NCBI GenBank assembly: GCA_964493715.1
Contig: CAZBPC010000004.1
Location: 1 to 64,000, forward strand
Length of the DNA: 64,000 nucleotides
Reading direction: 5' to 3'
Origin: an uncultured archaeon
GTDB taxonomy: Archaea > Asgardarchaeota > Lokiarchaeia > Sigyniarchaeales > SOKP01
The stretch's first letter is position 1; each line of letters starts with the position of its first letter. Positions 50,507-60,138 of this stretch are shown piece by piece. Both the position numbers and the translations under genes were made by a program. The notes under the pieces were generated by a model. It was not told where the DNA came from and made no database searches. It saw only the letters and a list, made by a program, of their open reading frames with translations.

Positions 50507-51691
50507 CTAATTTAAAAGATTTTTAATTCTTTCGATAGCTTCTTTTATCCTTTCGATTGGTTGTGTTAGAGCAAACCGCACGTATCCTTCTCCGTATTTA
50601 CCAAAACCAACACCAGGAGTTATAATTACACCTTTATTAATGAGTTTCTTTACGAATTCCATGCTATTTACCTCGTTTTTTGGAAGACGGGTCCATACAT
50701 AAAATGTGGCTTTAGGTTTTTCAGTCTTCCATCCAATTTGATTTAATCCATCCACTAAAACATCACGTCTTTGTTGATAAATTTTTACGTTTCTTTCAAC
50801 AATTTCTGGTTTTTTGCTTGATTTATAATCATTCAAACCTCTTATAATTGCTTTTTGAATAAAGATGGGACATCCCGAATCTATTTGAGATTTAACCTTT
50901 CGTATTCCATTGATTATTCTTTCATTACCAACCGCCCAAGCGCAACGAAATCCGGTACAATTGAACATTTTAGATGCACTATTAATTTCCACATGGTCTT
51001 TATTGATTTGTAGTAATGAAGGAGCAATGTAATCATCATAAGTAAATTCTGAGTAAGGGTTGTCATAGACAATAAAAAATCCATAATCTTCAGCATAATC
51101 TACTGCTTTTTTCAGAAAAGATTCTGGGGCAATTGCGCCTGTTGGATTATTTGGGTAATTCAAGTACATCATCTTAGCTTTTTTAAGTATTTTGGTATCA
51201 ATAATTTCAAAGTCGGGTAAAAAATCCTTCTCTTCATTCAAAGGCATCAAATAGGGGCGCCCATCACATAATTTTGTTGCTCCATTTTCATATACGGGGT
51301 ATCCTGGAGTTGGGACTAACACGGTATCTTTGGGATTTACAAATGCTCGAGCTATATTTGCAATACCTTCTTTACCTCCTATTAAACCAGTAATCTCATT
51401 TTCAGAATTGAAATTAAGATTAAATCTTACTTCATACCATTTCTGAATCGCCTCTCTAAAATCTGTTTCTCCCATGCTGGAGGGATAATTCTGATTTGGT
51501 TGAACTTTTACTTGCTTTATTAACTCATCCACAATCACCGTGGGAGTTTCTAAATCAGGATCTCCAATCCCTAATGAAATTAGATCAACTCCTTGCTTCT
51601 TTTTAATTATTTTTAATTGTTCAATTTCAGCAAAAATATATTGAGGTAAAGCATTAATTCTTTCGGCATATTCAATTTTCATGAGATCCAC
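50507..51691 (-). CDS. PLP-dependent class I/II aminotransferase (LL-diaminopimelate aminotransferase-like)
   Basis: LPQYIFAEI, LGIGDPD, GGKEG, LNYPNNPTGA, DNPYSE, SASKMFNCTGFR, PG.GFG..GEGYVR. Confidence 0.85.
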   Translation of the reverse strand: MDLMKIEYAERINALPQYIFAEIEQLKIIKKKQGVDLISLGIGDPDLETPTVIVDELIKQVKVQPNQNYPSSMGETDFREAIQKWYEVRFNLNFNSENEITGLIGGKEGIANIARAFVNPKDTVLVPTPGYPVYENGATKLCDGRPYLMPLNEEKDFLPDFEIIDTKILKKAKMMYLNYPNNPTGAIAPESFLKKAVDYAEDYGFFIVYDNPYSEFTYDDYIAPSLLQINKDHVEINSASKMFNCTGFRCAWAVGNERIINGIRKVKSQIDSGCPIFIQKAIIRGLNDYKSSKKPEIVERNVKIYQQRRDVLVDGLNQIGWKTEKPKATFYVWTRLPKNEVNSMEFVKKLINKGVIITPGVGFGKYGEGYVRFALTQPIERIKEAIERIKNLLN

Positions 51692-51852
51692 AAAATTTTG
51701 AGTTTTTTTAGTTTATCAATTCCTTTATTGTATAAATTGAATTAATTACGAATAAAGCTATAAGCAAGTAATTAAAATTCTAATTATGAATAATTAATTA
51801 TAAAAATTTTGAATAAATATATATTTCATATCTGCTAAATGATTGATGTAAA

Positions 51853-52269
51853 ATGGGTCGTAATACACAAACGAGGTTTATTAAAGATCCTCCAAATAAC
51901 TTTTATTTCCATCCTTTTAAGGATGAAACATCAATGATTAAATTAACTCTTGCAGAATTTGAAGCAATGAGATTAAAACATTATCTTAATCTTTCTCAAC
52001 AATCTTCCGCTTCAAAAATGGGCGTTTCACAACCGACATTTTCTCGGATCCTAGAAATTGCACATAAAAAAATGACTCGAGCTTTAATAGAGGGGAAAAA
52101 AATAACTATTTATGGGGGTAACGTAGATTATAAAAAAAGTTTCATAGGTTTTGGCTGTTTGAATTGTAATCATGAATGGGAAGATGAAACTGCTTTCAGG
52201 AATAAAAAAGGAAATTGCATAAAATGCAATTCTGATAAAATATACTATCTGGTACGAGAACCTCTCTAA
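51853..52269 (+). CDS. DUF134 HTH protein with C-terminal zinc ribbon
   Basis: EFEAMRL......SQ...A.KMGVSQPTFSRIL..AHKK...AL.EGK...IYGG, then CLNC...CIKC. Confidence 0.88.
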   Translation: MGRNTQTRFIKDPPNNFYFHPFKDETSMIKLTLAEFEAMRLKHYLNLSQQSSASKMGVSQPTFSRILEIAHKKMTRALIEGKKITIYGGNVDYKKSFIGFGCLNCNHEWEDETAFRNKKGNCIKCNSDKIYYLVREPL

Positions 52270-52364
52270 AATTTGAAAATTTAACTTTTTGATAATCTAA
52301 TTATACATTAGGATTATTTATTTAATTATTATACTACATTAAGACACGTAAAATTAATGATGAT

Positions 52365-53486
52365 ATGAAATTTATGACAGAAACTCAAGCTAAAATATGG
52401 TACAAAGTAGCTAGAACAATAGTAAAAGCAGGTCAAATGCCAATTCCAATTAGCGAATCTTTAATCGAGTTGATTCAGAACATCATAACGGAAGAACAAG
52501 CTCAATTTATTTCATCAGTTTTTAAAAAACCCTCTTTAAACATTAATCAAATCAAATCAAACTCAACCTTAAATGGTACTCAATTAACTCAAATGTTAAA
52601 TGAACTCATGGATAATGGGGTTATTGTTGGTCTTCCAAGCAGAAGAACTGGTATCATGGTGTATAGACTTCTTGGACCATTTCCAGGAATGTTCGAATAT
52701 ACTAATCTTAAAGGTGAAACTGACGATAAACATAAAAAATTAGCTCGTCTCTTTGAAAGAATTTTTGTTGAAATGCGAGAAGGAACTCAAAATAATTATG
52801 ATACTATTGTGGAACAATTTGAAAAATTCCCTCCTATCGTAAGAATAGTCCCCGTCGAAGAAGAAATTGAAGAGATCCCAGTTGATAAGGTCATGCCACA
52901 TGAAGAAGTATCAAAAATCGTTGAAAAGTATGATGATATTGCTCTTGCTCACTGTTATTGTCGCCATTCACGTGATTTGTTAGATGAACCCTGTAAAGTT
53001 ACGAATGAAAGACAGAATTGCTTTCTCTTAGGAAAAAGTGCCCAGTTTGCAATAGAACACAAATTTGCTAATCCAATATCAAAAGAAAAGGCAAAAGATA
53101 TTATCAAAAAGGCTTCTGATGAGGGTTTGGTACACAAAGCATTTCATGTTCATCTAAATACTGATTTAGATGAAGAAGCTATCTGTAATTGCTGCTCATG
53201 TTGCTGTGGAATATTCCAATTATATTCTAGTGGTGTTATGCCATATCATTGTTATACTAATTATTTAGCAGAAGTTGATGAGGAGAATTGCATAGGATGT
53301 GGTACTTGTGTTGAAATTTGTCCAATGCATACTATTGACTTGGTTGATGTTACAGCAATTGTAAATGAATCAAAGTGTATTGGATGTGGTTTATGCGCTC
53401 ATCATTGCCTAGAAGAAGCAATTGAATTGAAGAGAATAGAAAATCGTGAAGTATTTATTCCACCTCCTAAGATAACAGTTGATTAA
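52365..53486 (+). CDS. wHTH plus 4Fe-4S dicluster protein
   Basis: CYCR, GLVH, ICNCCSCCC, two CxxCxxCxxxC motifs. Confidence 0.85.
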   Translation: MKFMTETQAKIWYKVARTIVKAGQMPIPISESLIELIQNIITEEQAQFISSVFKKPSLNINQIKSNSTLNGTQLTQMLNELMDNGVIVGLPSRRTGIMVYRLLGPFPGMFEYTNLKGETDDKHKKLARLFERIFVEMREGTQNNYDTIVEQFEKFPPIVRIVPVEEEIEEIPVDKVMPHEEVSKIVEKYDDIALAHCYCRHSRDLLDEPCKVTNERQNCFLLGKSAQFAIEHKFANPISKEKAKDIIKKASDEGLVHKAFHVHLNTDLDEEAICNCCSCCCGIFQLYSSGVMPYHCYTNYLAEVDEENCIGCGTCVEICPMHTIDLVDVTAIVNESKCIGCGLCAHHCLEEAIELKRIENREVFIPPPKITVD

Positions 53487-53507
53487 TATAAGAGAGTTGC
53501 CTTTATC

Positions 53508-54608
53508 ATGCCCAAAAATATTTGGTATGCATTAGCAAGAAAAATTCTTAATGCGGGAGGACCTCCCGTACCAATAAATGAGAATCTTATAGATTTATTG
53601 AAATTGTTAATCAATGAGGACCAAGTCAAATTCTTGTTAAATTTTAGAAGACCTCTTAATTTTGAACAAATTCAAGAAAAAACAGGTATTGAGGAAGAAC
53701 CATTAAAAGAAATATTAGAAACTCTAATGAATGTTGGTCTTCTAACGGGAATCCCTAGTCGAACGACAAGAATAATGGTGTATAGACTTGTAGCGTTCTT
53801 ACCTGGTCTGTTAGAATTTACTCTAATGAAAGGAGAATCAGGACCTAAACAGAAAAAGATCGCAAGAATATGGGAGCAAATTTTCCAAGATGCAACTGAA
53901 ATGACTCAAAATAATTATGATATTGTAGTAAAAGCTTTTAAAAATGCTCCCGCTATAGATCATGTAATTCCAATAGGTGAGGAAATTGAAGTTTCTGAAG
54001 ATACGATTATACCGAATAAGGATATTGAAAAAATACTGGATAAGTTTGAAATTTTTAGTGTTTCATATTGTTATTGTCGTTATAGAAAATATTTATTAGA
54101 AGATCCATGTAAAGTCAATGCTCCAATACAAAATTGCTTAAGTTTTGGCAGAACTGCTAGATTTGCCATAGATCACGAATTTGCAAAAGAAATATCAAGA
54201 GATGAAAGTCTAACACTCTTGAAAGAAGCAGAAAAACTAGGACTTGTTCATAAAGCATTTCATATCAATGGCGATCCAAATTTAGAAGAACTAGCTATTT
54301 GTAACTGTTGCCAATGTTGTTGTGGTAGCTTTGGAAACTTCTATCGGGGTGCAGCACCCACATCTACCATGAGTTCTTATGTAGCATTTATAGACGAAAA
54401 ATCATGTATCGCTTGTGGAACATGTCACGATGTTTGTCCGATGGGTGCACCAACATTAGAGGGTGAATGTTATATTATAGGTATTGATAAATGTTTAGGA
54501 TGTGGTGTGTGCATCAATAGGTGTTCCGAACAAGCGATTAAGCTGCAGAAAACAGAACTCCATAGAGTTTTCATACCCCCCAAGAAAATTCCAATTCATT
54601 CAGAATAA
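53508..54608 (+). CDS. wHTH plus 4Fe-4S dicluster protein (tandem paralog)
   Basis: CYCR, GLVH, ICNCCQCCC, two ferredoxin motifs; colinear with the upstream paralog. Confidence 0.85.
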   Translation: MPKNIWYALARKILNAGGPPVPINENLIDLLKLLINEDQVKFLLNFRRPLNFEQIQEKTGIEEEPLKEILETLMNVGLLTGIPSRTTRIMVYRLVAFLPGLLEFTLMKGESGPKQKKIARIWEQIFQDATEMTQNNYDIVVKAFKNAPAIDHVIPIGEEIEVSEDTIIPNKDIEKILDKFEIFSVSYCYCRYRKYLLEDPCKVNAPIQNCLSFGRTARFAIDHEFAKEISRDESLTLLKEAEKLGLVHKAFHINGDPNLEELAICNCCQCCCGSFGNFYRGAAPTSTMSSYVAFIDEKSCIACGTCHDVCPMGAPTLEGECYIIGIDKCLGCGVCINRCSEQAIKLQKTELHRVFIPPKKIPIHSE

Positions 54609-54638
54609 ATCTAAAATCTAATTTTCAATGATCTAAAA

Positions 54639-55076
54639 TCATGAAAGATTTTTGGAAAAAAAATCAACCACATTGAGTAATCTATTTGTGTTAAGTTCCA
54701 TTGCTAGCCTTACGCACTCTACGCTAACAATTGAAGCTTTATCCGATTCTCTAAAAATCTCGTGTTGAAAGGTAATAGATGAGGTCCCAATTTTTTTTAT
54801 TTGGGTATTTATAATTACATAATCCCCAAACTTTGCTGAACCTTGGTAGGTTATATCCACTTTTTTAACTCCAAAAACTGTCCCTTCATGGACAGTATCC
54901 TCTATCCTTTTTGGAGATAAAAGACTATTCATAAAACTAACAAATCCATCATCAAAATAAATCATGTAATTTTTAAAATGGACAACTCCCATCATGTCAG
55001 TATCATTGAATCTTACTTTTATTTTACAATTATCCCTATGATTTAAGATTCTGGCTTTCATATCGCTAATCGACAT
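54639..55076 (-). CDS. Acyl-CoA thioesterase (4HBT/YbgC family)
   Basis: VRFNDTDMMGVVHF.NY..YF hotdog-fold motif. Confidence 0.88.
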   Translation of the reverse strand: MSISDMKARILNHRDNCKIKVRFNDTDMMGVVHFKNYMIYFDDGFVSFMNSLLSPKRIEDTVHEGTVFGVKKVDITYQGSAKFGDYVIINTQIKKIGTSSITFQHEIFRESDKASIVSVECVRLAMELNTNRLLNVVDFFSKNLS

Positions 55077-55182
55077 AAAAATCTCTTTTTTTTTTAAAAT
55101 TTCCTATAATGAAATGCTTTTAATTATTTAACATAACTATATTTTTTAGATCTATGAATTTTTAATTTGATGTGTTTTAACT

Positions 55183-56286
55183 ATGAAAAATGAAAAAATA
55201 TTAGAAATCATCAAAAAATTAGCTGAAAAAAGAGCACCTTCAGGTATAGAGAAAGCTCGTGGAGAAGTCTTTAAACAAGAAATGGATATGATTATTGGCA
55301 ATAAGGATATTTCGATAAAGGAGGATGCTTTATGCAATTTCTACGTGAAATTTGATGGTCAAAATGCGAAAAAATCAATAGGAATTTATGCTCATATTGA
55401 TGAAATTGGAGGAACAATCCGTAAAATAAATAAAAGCGGTTGTTTAGAATTCTCCATGAGAGGTGGATATGAAACGCGTTGGTTGATATCAAGAAAAGTA
55501 CAGATTCTGAACAAGGAAAGAAAGTGGATAAATGGCGTCATTGAAGGTAGATCAACTCATTCGACTCCTCCAGCTTTAAGAAATTCAGAAAAATTAGAAA
55601 TACATGAACAAAAGATATACATCGGTGCTAAGAATAAAGAAGAAGTAATTAAACTTTATAGCATTCATGTAGGTGCACCATTCGTATTTTTTGGGACCTT
55701 TGGGCTACTAAATCCTTCAATTAATGATGATATAATCGCGGGATATTCATTGGACAATTTAGTTGCTGTCACATCATTATTTGTATTGACTGAAAAGATT
55801 GTAAATAATCTATTAGATGAATCCGGTGTTTTGAATAAAAATTATAATCTATACATCGTTGCCACATCAAGAGAAGAAATAGGAACGGAAGGTGCGTTAT
55901 TCTTTTCACGCAATAATGCTATTGATCAGGTGATTGCTATGGATATTGGATTAGTAGCTGATTTCTCTGGTAGTGTGAATTCTGGTATCACATTAACTGG
56001 GGGACCTGTTATTATTTGGCAGGAACAACATGGGGCTGGAGTTTTTGATTACGATTTATGTAGAGAATTTGCACGAGTAGCTGATGAGAATGAAATTCCG
56101 TACCAAAATGGAGTTTGTGAATATTACGGATCTGATGCTGGTAAAGCACAGAAATGGCTTGGGATTCCCTCCGTATTAATTGGAATCCCTGTAATGTATT
56201 CTCATAATGTGCCAGAAATTGGAACATTAAGTGGAATTCAAGAGGGAGCAGAATTGGTTTATCGTTATCTAAAAAATCATGATTAA
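55183..56286 (+). CDS. M42 family metallopeptidase (TET-like)
   Basis: APSG.E, AHIDEIG, SLDN, SREEIG, MDI, GSDA, YSH..PE. Confidence 0.88.
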   Translation: MKNEKILEIIKKLAEKRAPSGIEKARGEVFKQEMDMIIGNKDISIKEDALCNFYVKFDGQNAKKSIGIYAHIDEIGGTIRKINKSGCLEFSMRGGYETRWLISRKVQILNKERKWINGVIEGRSTHSTPPALRNSEKLEIHEQKIYIGAKNKEEVIKLYSIHVGAPFVFFGTFGLLNPSINDDIIAGYSLDNLVAVTSLFVLTEKIVNNLLDESGVLNKNYNLYIVATSREEIGTEGALFFSRNNAIDQVIAMDIGLVADFSGSVNSGITLTGGPVIIWQEQHGAGVFDYDLCREFARVADENEIPYQNGVCEYYGSDAGKAQKWLGIPSVLIGIPVMYSHNVPEIGTLSGIQEGAELVYRYLKNHD

Positions 56287-57863
56287 ATCAACGATCTTCC
56301 AGTTACACTTTTATGAGGTGTTTTATTTACCATTTTAAGTAAGGTAGGAACGATATCTGTTATATTACAATAAGGAATTTCTACATGAGGAATTTCATCG
56401 GTTCCTCCAATAATTAGAGGAGTAACAGCACTTTCTCTTAAACCGATGTCATGACAAAATCTGCTCCCTCTTTTCTTTTTTCCGTGCTTCATATTATAAA
56501 CAACTTTTCCTCGCGTGCTTAATATTATATCTGAAGATCTAGGATTTTTAAAATGTCTTGGTAGGAGATCAATATATAGCGGATAATCAAGATGGTGAGT
56601 GGCGGCTAACCATTCTTCGCTAGTATGAAATTTGTTATCTAATAATCGTGAAGCTAACTCATCCTCGAGGTAATTAAATGGATCATGATCGGAACTTTCA
56701 AGCAAGTATTTTGTTTTATAATCCTTGCCAACCTCTTTATATTCAATTGATGCTGACGAAACATCAGCTGTCTGCGGATTTTTCTGACGAATTTGAATCG
56801 TGCCAGAATTTAGCGTGTTTTTCTCACCTCGATAATACATTAATTCCGTTCCTTCAATCTTGAATAATTCATTAAATAAATTCACTTTTTTTGGACCGAA
56901 ACTTTCGAGTTCTTTATTTGAAGGATGATACCAACCTTTATTTTTTGAGTTTTGGGATTTAAAATTAAATAAACCCACTCCTGTAAATTCGGCTACATCA
57001 ATATTACCATTGAGGTTTTTTCTGTGATGATAATGAGTCAATCCATTTCTCTCAAAGAAATTATTAAAATTTCCAATCTTATTTGCTGAATAATTTCCAT
57101 GATCTGAAGTGATTGCGATAGCTGTACTATCTAATACTCCAAGAGTCTTGAGTTCTTGAAGAAATAATCCCAACACCTTGTCAATATGATATAAATTTTT
57201 TTTATAAATAGTAGAATCAAAACCATAAAGATGCATCAAGATGTCAGATGACATAAACCATAGTAAACTAGCTACAGGACTCTCTTTTGACCCAAAATAT
57301 TTCTTTGGACGTTTAAATGTTTCTAATAATTTATGAACAACTACAGTGTTTGCCCTCCAGATATTATATTCAACTCTTCGGGTGTGCCTTAGCAATAAAT
57401 AATAAAATGCTAATTTAGTTTTCCTTTCAGGATAAAAATATGTAGCTCCACGATTGATGAACTGAGTTATACTTGCAGTGTTGACATCTCCAACCATTTC
57501 AAGGAATGTCTGGCAATTATCTCCAATATCATCATTGATCTTATAAATCTGAATACGCTTATCAGTGCCATATGTCATATAAGAACGTATTCTAGGTGGA
57601 GTAAAAGCGCGATCCAACCAATTCATGCTTGGGACACCATGACAAAGCTCTTTTCGAAAATCTCCAGTGTAAGTACCGGTAATCATTGATGCTTGAGTTG
57701 GATAGGTAATAGAAGGAAAATCTGTAATGCAATTTTTTGAATATATTCCATTTTCCATTAATTTTCGAATATTCGGAAGATATCCTTTTTCAATTAGATC
57801 ATAAAAATAAGAGGATCTGACATCATCTATGATGCAAAATATGATATGATTAAGCCTATTCAT
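56283..57863 (-). CDS. Alkaline phosphatase superfamily protein (type I phosphodiesterase/NPP)
   Basis: IIDD, FPSITYP, TG.....HG, DILMH, TSDHG, HD. Confidence 0.82.
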   Translation of the reverse strand: MNRLNHIIFCIIDDVRSSYFYDLIEKGYLPNIRKLMENGIYSKNCITDFPSITYPTQASMITGTYTGDFRKELCHGVPSMNWLDRAFTPPRIRSYMTYGTDKRIQIYKINDDIGDNCQTFLEMVGDVNTASITQFINRGATYFYPERKTKLAFYYLLLRHTRRVEYNIWRANTVVVHKLLETFKRPKKYFGSKESPVASLLWFMSSDILMHLYGFDSTIYKKNLYHIDKVLGLFLQELKTLGVLDSTAIAITSDHGNYSANKIGNFNNFFERNGLTHYHHRKNLNGNIDVAEFTGVGLFNFKSQNSKNKGWYHPSNKELESFGPKKVNLFNELFKIEGTELMYYRGEKNTLNSGTIQIRQKNPQTADVSSASIEYKEVGKDYKTKYLLESSDHDPFNYLEDELASRLLDNKFHTSEEWLAATHHLDYPLYIDLLPRHFKNPRSSDIILSTRGKVVYNMKHGKKKRGSRFCHDIGLRESAVTPLIIGGTDEIPHVEIPYCNITDIVPTLLKMVNKTPHKSVTGRSLI

Positions 57864-57984
57864 TGTATATTTAGAAAATTTATGAGATAATAAGTCTTAT
57901 TAAGAAATTTCAATATTGTCTCTGTACGAATTTGTCAATTAATTCAAAGCTCACTTTTATTAAGTATTAGATTAAGATAATATT

Positions 57985-59313
57985 ATGTCAGATAACACCA
58001 CATATAATACAAGATACACACAAATCTTCATTCTTTTCTACTTTGCTGAGGGGTTGAGTCAAGGAGTTCCTTATCTTTTTTGGAAAACGTATATTTTAGA
58101 TATACTGGGATCAATTGATTTAGCTCTATGGCTAATAGTTTATGCTATTGGAAATATTCCTTGGGCTATCAAGATGATAGTCGGTGTTTTTAATGATCGA
58201 TGGGGATCTAAAAAACTTGGAAGACGGTTTCCCTGGGTCGTAAGTTTTGGCACTTTTGGAGGAGCGATGTGGATAATGATGGCTTTTTATTTACCCGTCT
58301 CAGACATCTATGTCTGGTTAGCTATCTATTATTTCACAACTCAATTAGGAATGGCGTTTGCTGATAGTGCTCTTGATGGAATGATCTTGGATGTTACCCC
58401 AAAGGAAAAACTCTCTAGAGTTCAAGGATACACGTGGACAATGATGTTTCTAGGATATGGTGCTGGAGGGATGTTATTAGGGCTTATATTTTTAGTATTT
58501 AACATCGTACCATTGCTATTTTTGATAACTGGTGTTTTAAATATATTAGTTTCCTTCTTGACCTATTATGTAAAGGAACCCCCGCTTGAGGAAATTAGTA
58601 CTAGAGAATGGGGTAAAGGACTGCTTACGGTAATAACTAAAAAAAGAAATTGGAAAGTGTACATTTATACCATTTTGGCAGGGATACAAGCAGTGGTAAT
58701 CATTGATTTCTTCATGTATGTAGTATTAGTATCTATGGGTGAGTTAAGTGTTAGCCAAACCATTCTTTCTCTTTCAGGAACTGGAGCCATTGGAGCTCAG
58801 ATTTGGTTCACAATATTTTATCTCGCTAATGGGGTAGGTATTTTTATCGGGGCACCCATCGCGGGAAAATTTGGAGATAAAAATCGTAGAAAGACCGCAT
58901 CAACTATATTCTTAACCTATATCCCATTTCTATTGATACTTGTAATTCCATTCCTGTTCAATTTAGGATTTATGATTGCACTGATTCTAGGAATTATTTT
59001 ATTACTATTACAAGGAGGATTGCAAAATGGTTATACTGTTGTGAATCAAACTATAAGAGGCGATTTATCAAAGAAATACTACCCTAATTTGAAAAGCACC
59101 TATTTCGCATTATTAGTCTCCTTAGCCAATTTAGGTCAAAACATAGGTACTTTGATTGGAGCTTCTATTTTATCAATATTAGCAGCAATTAATTTGGATT
59201 TCTTCTTGATTTTCTTTGTAATTTCAGCTTTCTGTTCTTTTACATTATTTATAAGCTACGTGTTTTTTAAAAAAATTCCCAAAGAAGATTTTGAGCTTGA
59301 GCGAAACTTATGA
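57985..59313 (+). CDS. MFS transporter (AmpG/BT1-like)
   Basis: YFAEGL.QG, PWAIK......DR....LGRR.PW, D.ALDG; about 12 TM segments. Confidence 0.85.
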   Translation: MSDNTTYNTRYTQIFILFYFAEGLSQGVPYLFWKTYILDILGSIDLALWLIVYAIGNIPWAIKMIVGVFNDRWGSKKLGRRFPWVVSFGTFGGAMWIMMAFYLPVSDIYVWLAIYYFTTQLGMAFADSALDGMILDVTPKEKLSRVQGYTWTMMFLGYGAGGMLLGLIFLVFNIVPLLFLITGVLNILVSFLTYYVKEPPLEEISTREWGKGLLTVITKKRNWKVYIYTILAGIQAVVIIDFFMYVVLVSMGELSVSQTILSLSGTGAIGAQIWFTIFYLANGVGIFIGAPIAGKFGDKNRRKTASTIFLTYIPFLLILVIPFLFNLGFMIALILGIILLLLQGGLQNGYTVVNQTIRGDLSKKYYPNLKSTYFALLVSLANLGQNIGTLIGASILSILAAINLDFFLIFFVISAFCSFTLFISYVFFKKIPKEDFELERNL

Positions 59314-59400
59314 ATTAAAATCAATTTTACATTTATTTTTTTATCTTTATCTTTCTGGTTTATATAAATACTATTATAGGAGTAGATATATAGAAAAATT

Positions 59401-59501
59401 AGCCCCCGGGGGGATTTGAACCCCCGATCTGCAGATTACAAGTTTCAGCAATTAATATAAGTTAATTAATTTCTGCTGCTATACCGCTAAGCCACGGAGG
59501 C
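59401..59501 (-). tRNA. tRNA-Thr(UGU) with 29-nt BHB intron at position 30/31 (intron 59444-59472)
   Basis: Acceptor stem GCCTCCG/CGGGGGC with U73, anticodon arm GCAGA-CT-TGT-AA-TCTGC after splicing, T-arm GGGGG-TTCAAAT-CCCCC. Strict BHB: CAGC/GCUG helix with AGA and AAA bulges. Confidence 0.93.
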
Positions 59502-59659
59502 ATTTATTGGTAAAATGAGGCATATTTTAATAAAATAAAGATGATATTAATTTTTAATTTTGTGATTTTTACAGCGATTAAAACTAATAGATATAATTAA
59601 AAATCAAAGTTTCTTTTTGTTAATCAAGTAATAATCATCTTTTAGGTGTTTTTCTAAAA

Positions 59660-60004
59660 ATGTTTAGTAAAGAAGACGTCGAAATACTTGCATATCAACG
59701 TTATAAATCAAATGAATCTTATGAGAAGAGTGTTTGGTATCTTGCTGATCTCTGTGTAAGAATTAATAAAAATGTTCGAAATGGATATGACATCAAACCG
59801 CTTGAAACGGATAATGTAGTTCTTTTGATCAGGGATGATGTTAATGGGCAATTAATTGAACCAATTGAAGAAGAAATACGGGAAGTTGCTAAAATAATTT
59901 ATAACGAAGCTCCTCCAAAAAGCCAATTAGACTGGTTTATTAGTGAAAAAATTCTCCTTCTGCGAGAAATCAAGAAAGCAATTGAACAAGATAGAAAACA
60001 TTAA
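59660..60004 (+). CDS. Small protein with two DUF2934-like helical units
   Basis: EDVEILAYQRY...W.LA and EEIREVA.IIY...DWF.SE units. Confidence 0.6.
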   Translation: MFSKEDVEILAYQRYKSNESYEKSVWYLADLCVRINKNVRNGYDIKPLETDNVVLLIRDDVNGQLIEPIEEEIREVAKIIYNEAPPKSQLDWFISEKILLLREIKKAIEQDRKH

Positions 60005-60138
60005 GTATGATTCTTAATGAAGCTTCTGATTTTGATTTATAATTTTAAAATCTCTTTACGTAAGAAGATTTAAATTGTACATTCCATAGATTGAATCATT
60101 AAAACATTCTAATTAAATTATAGAGAAAGAATGAACTA

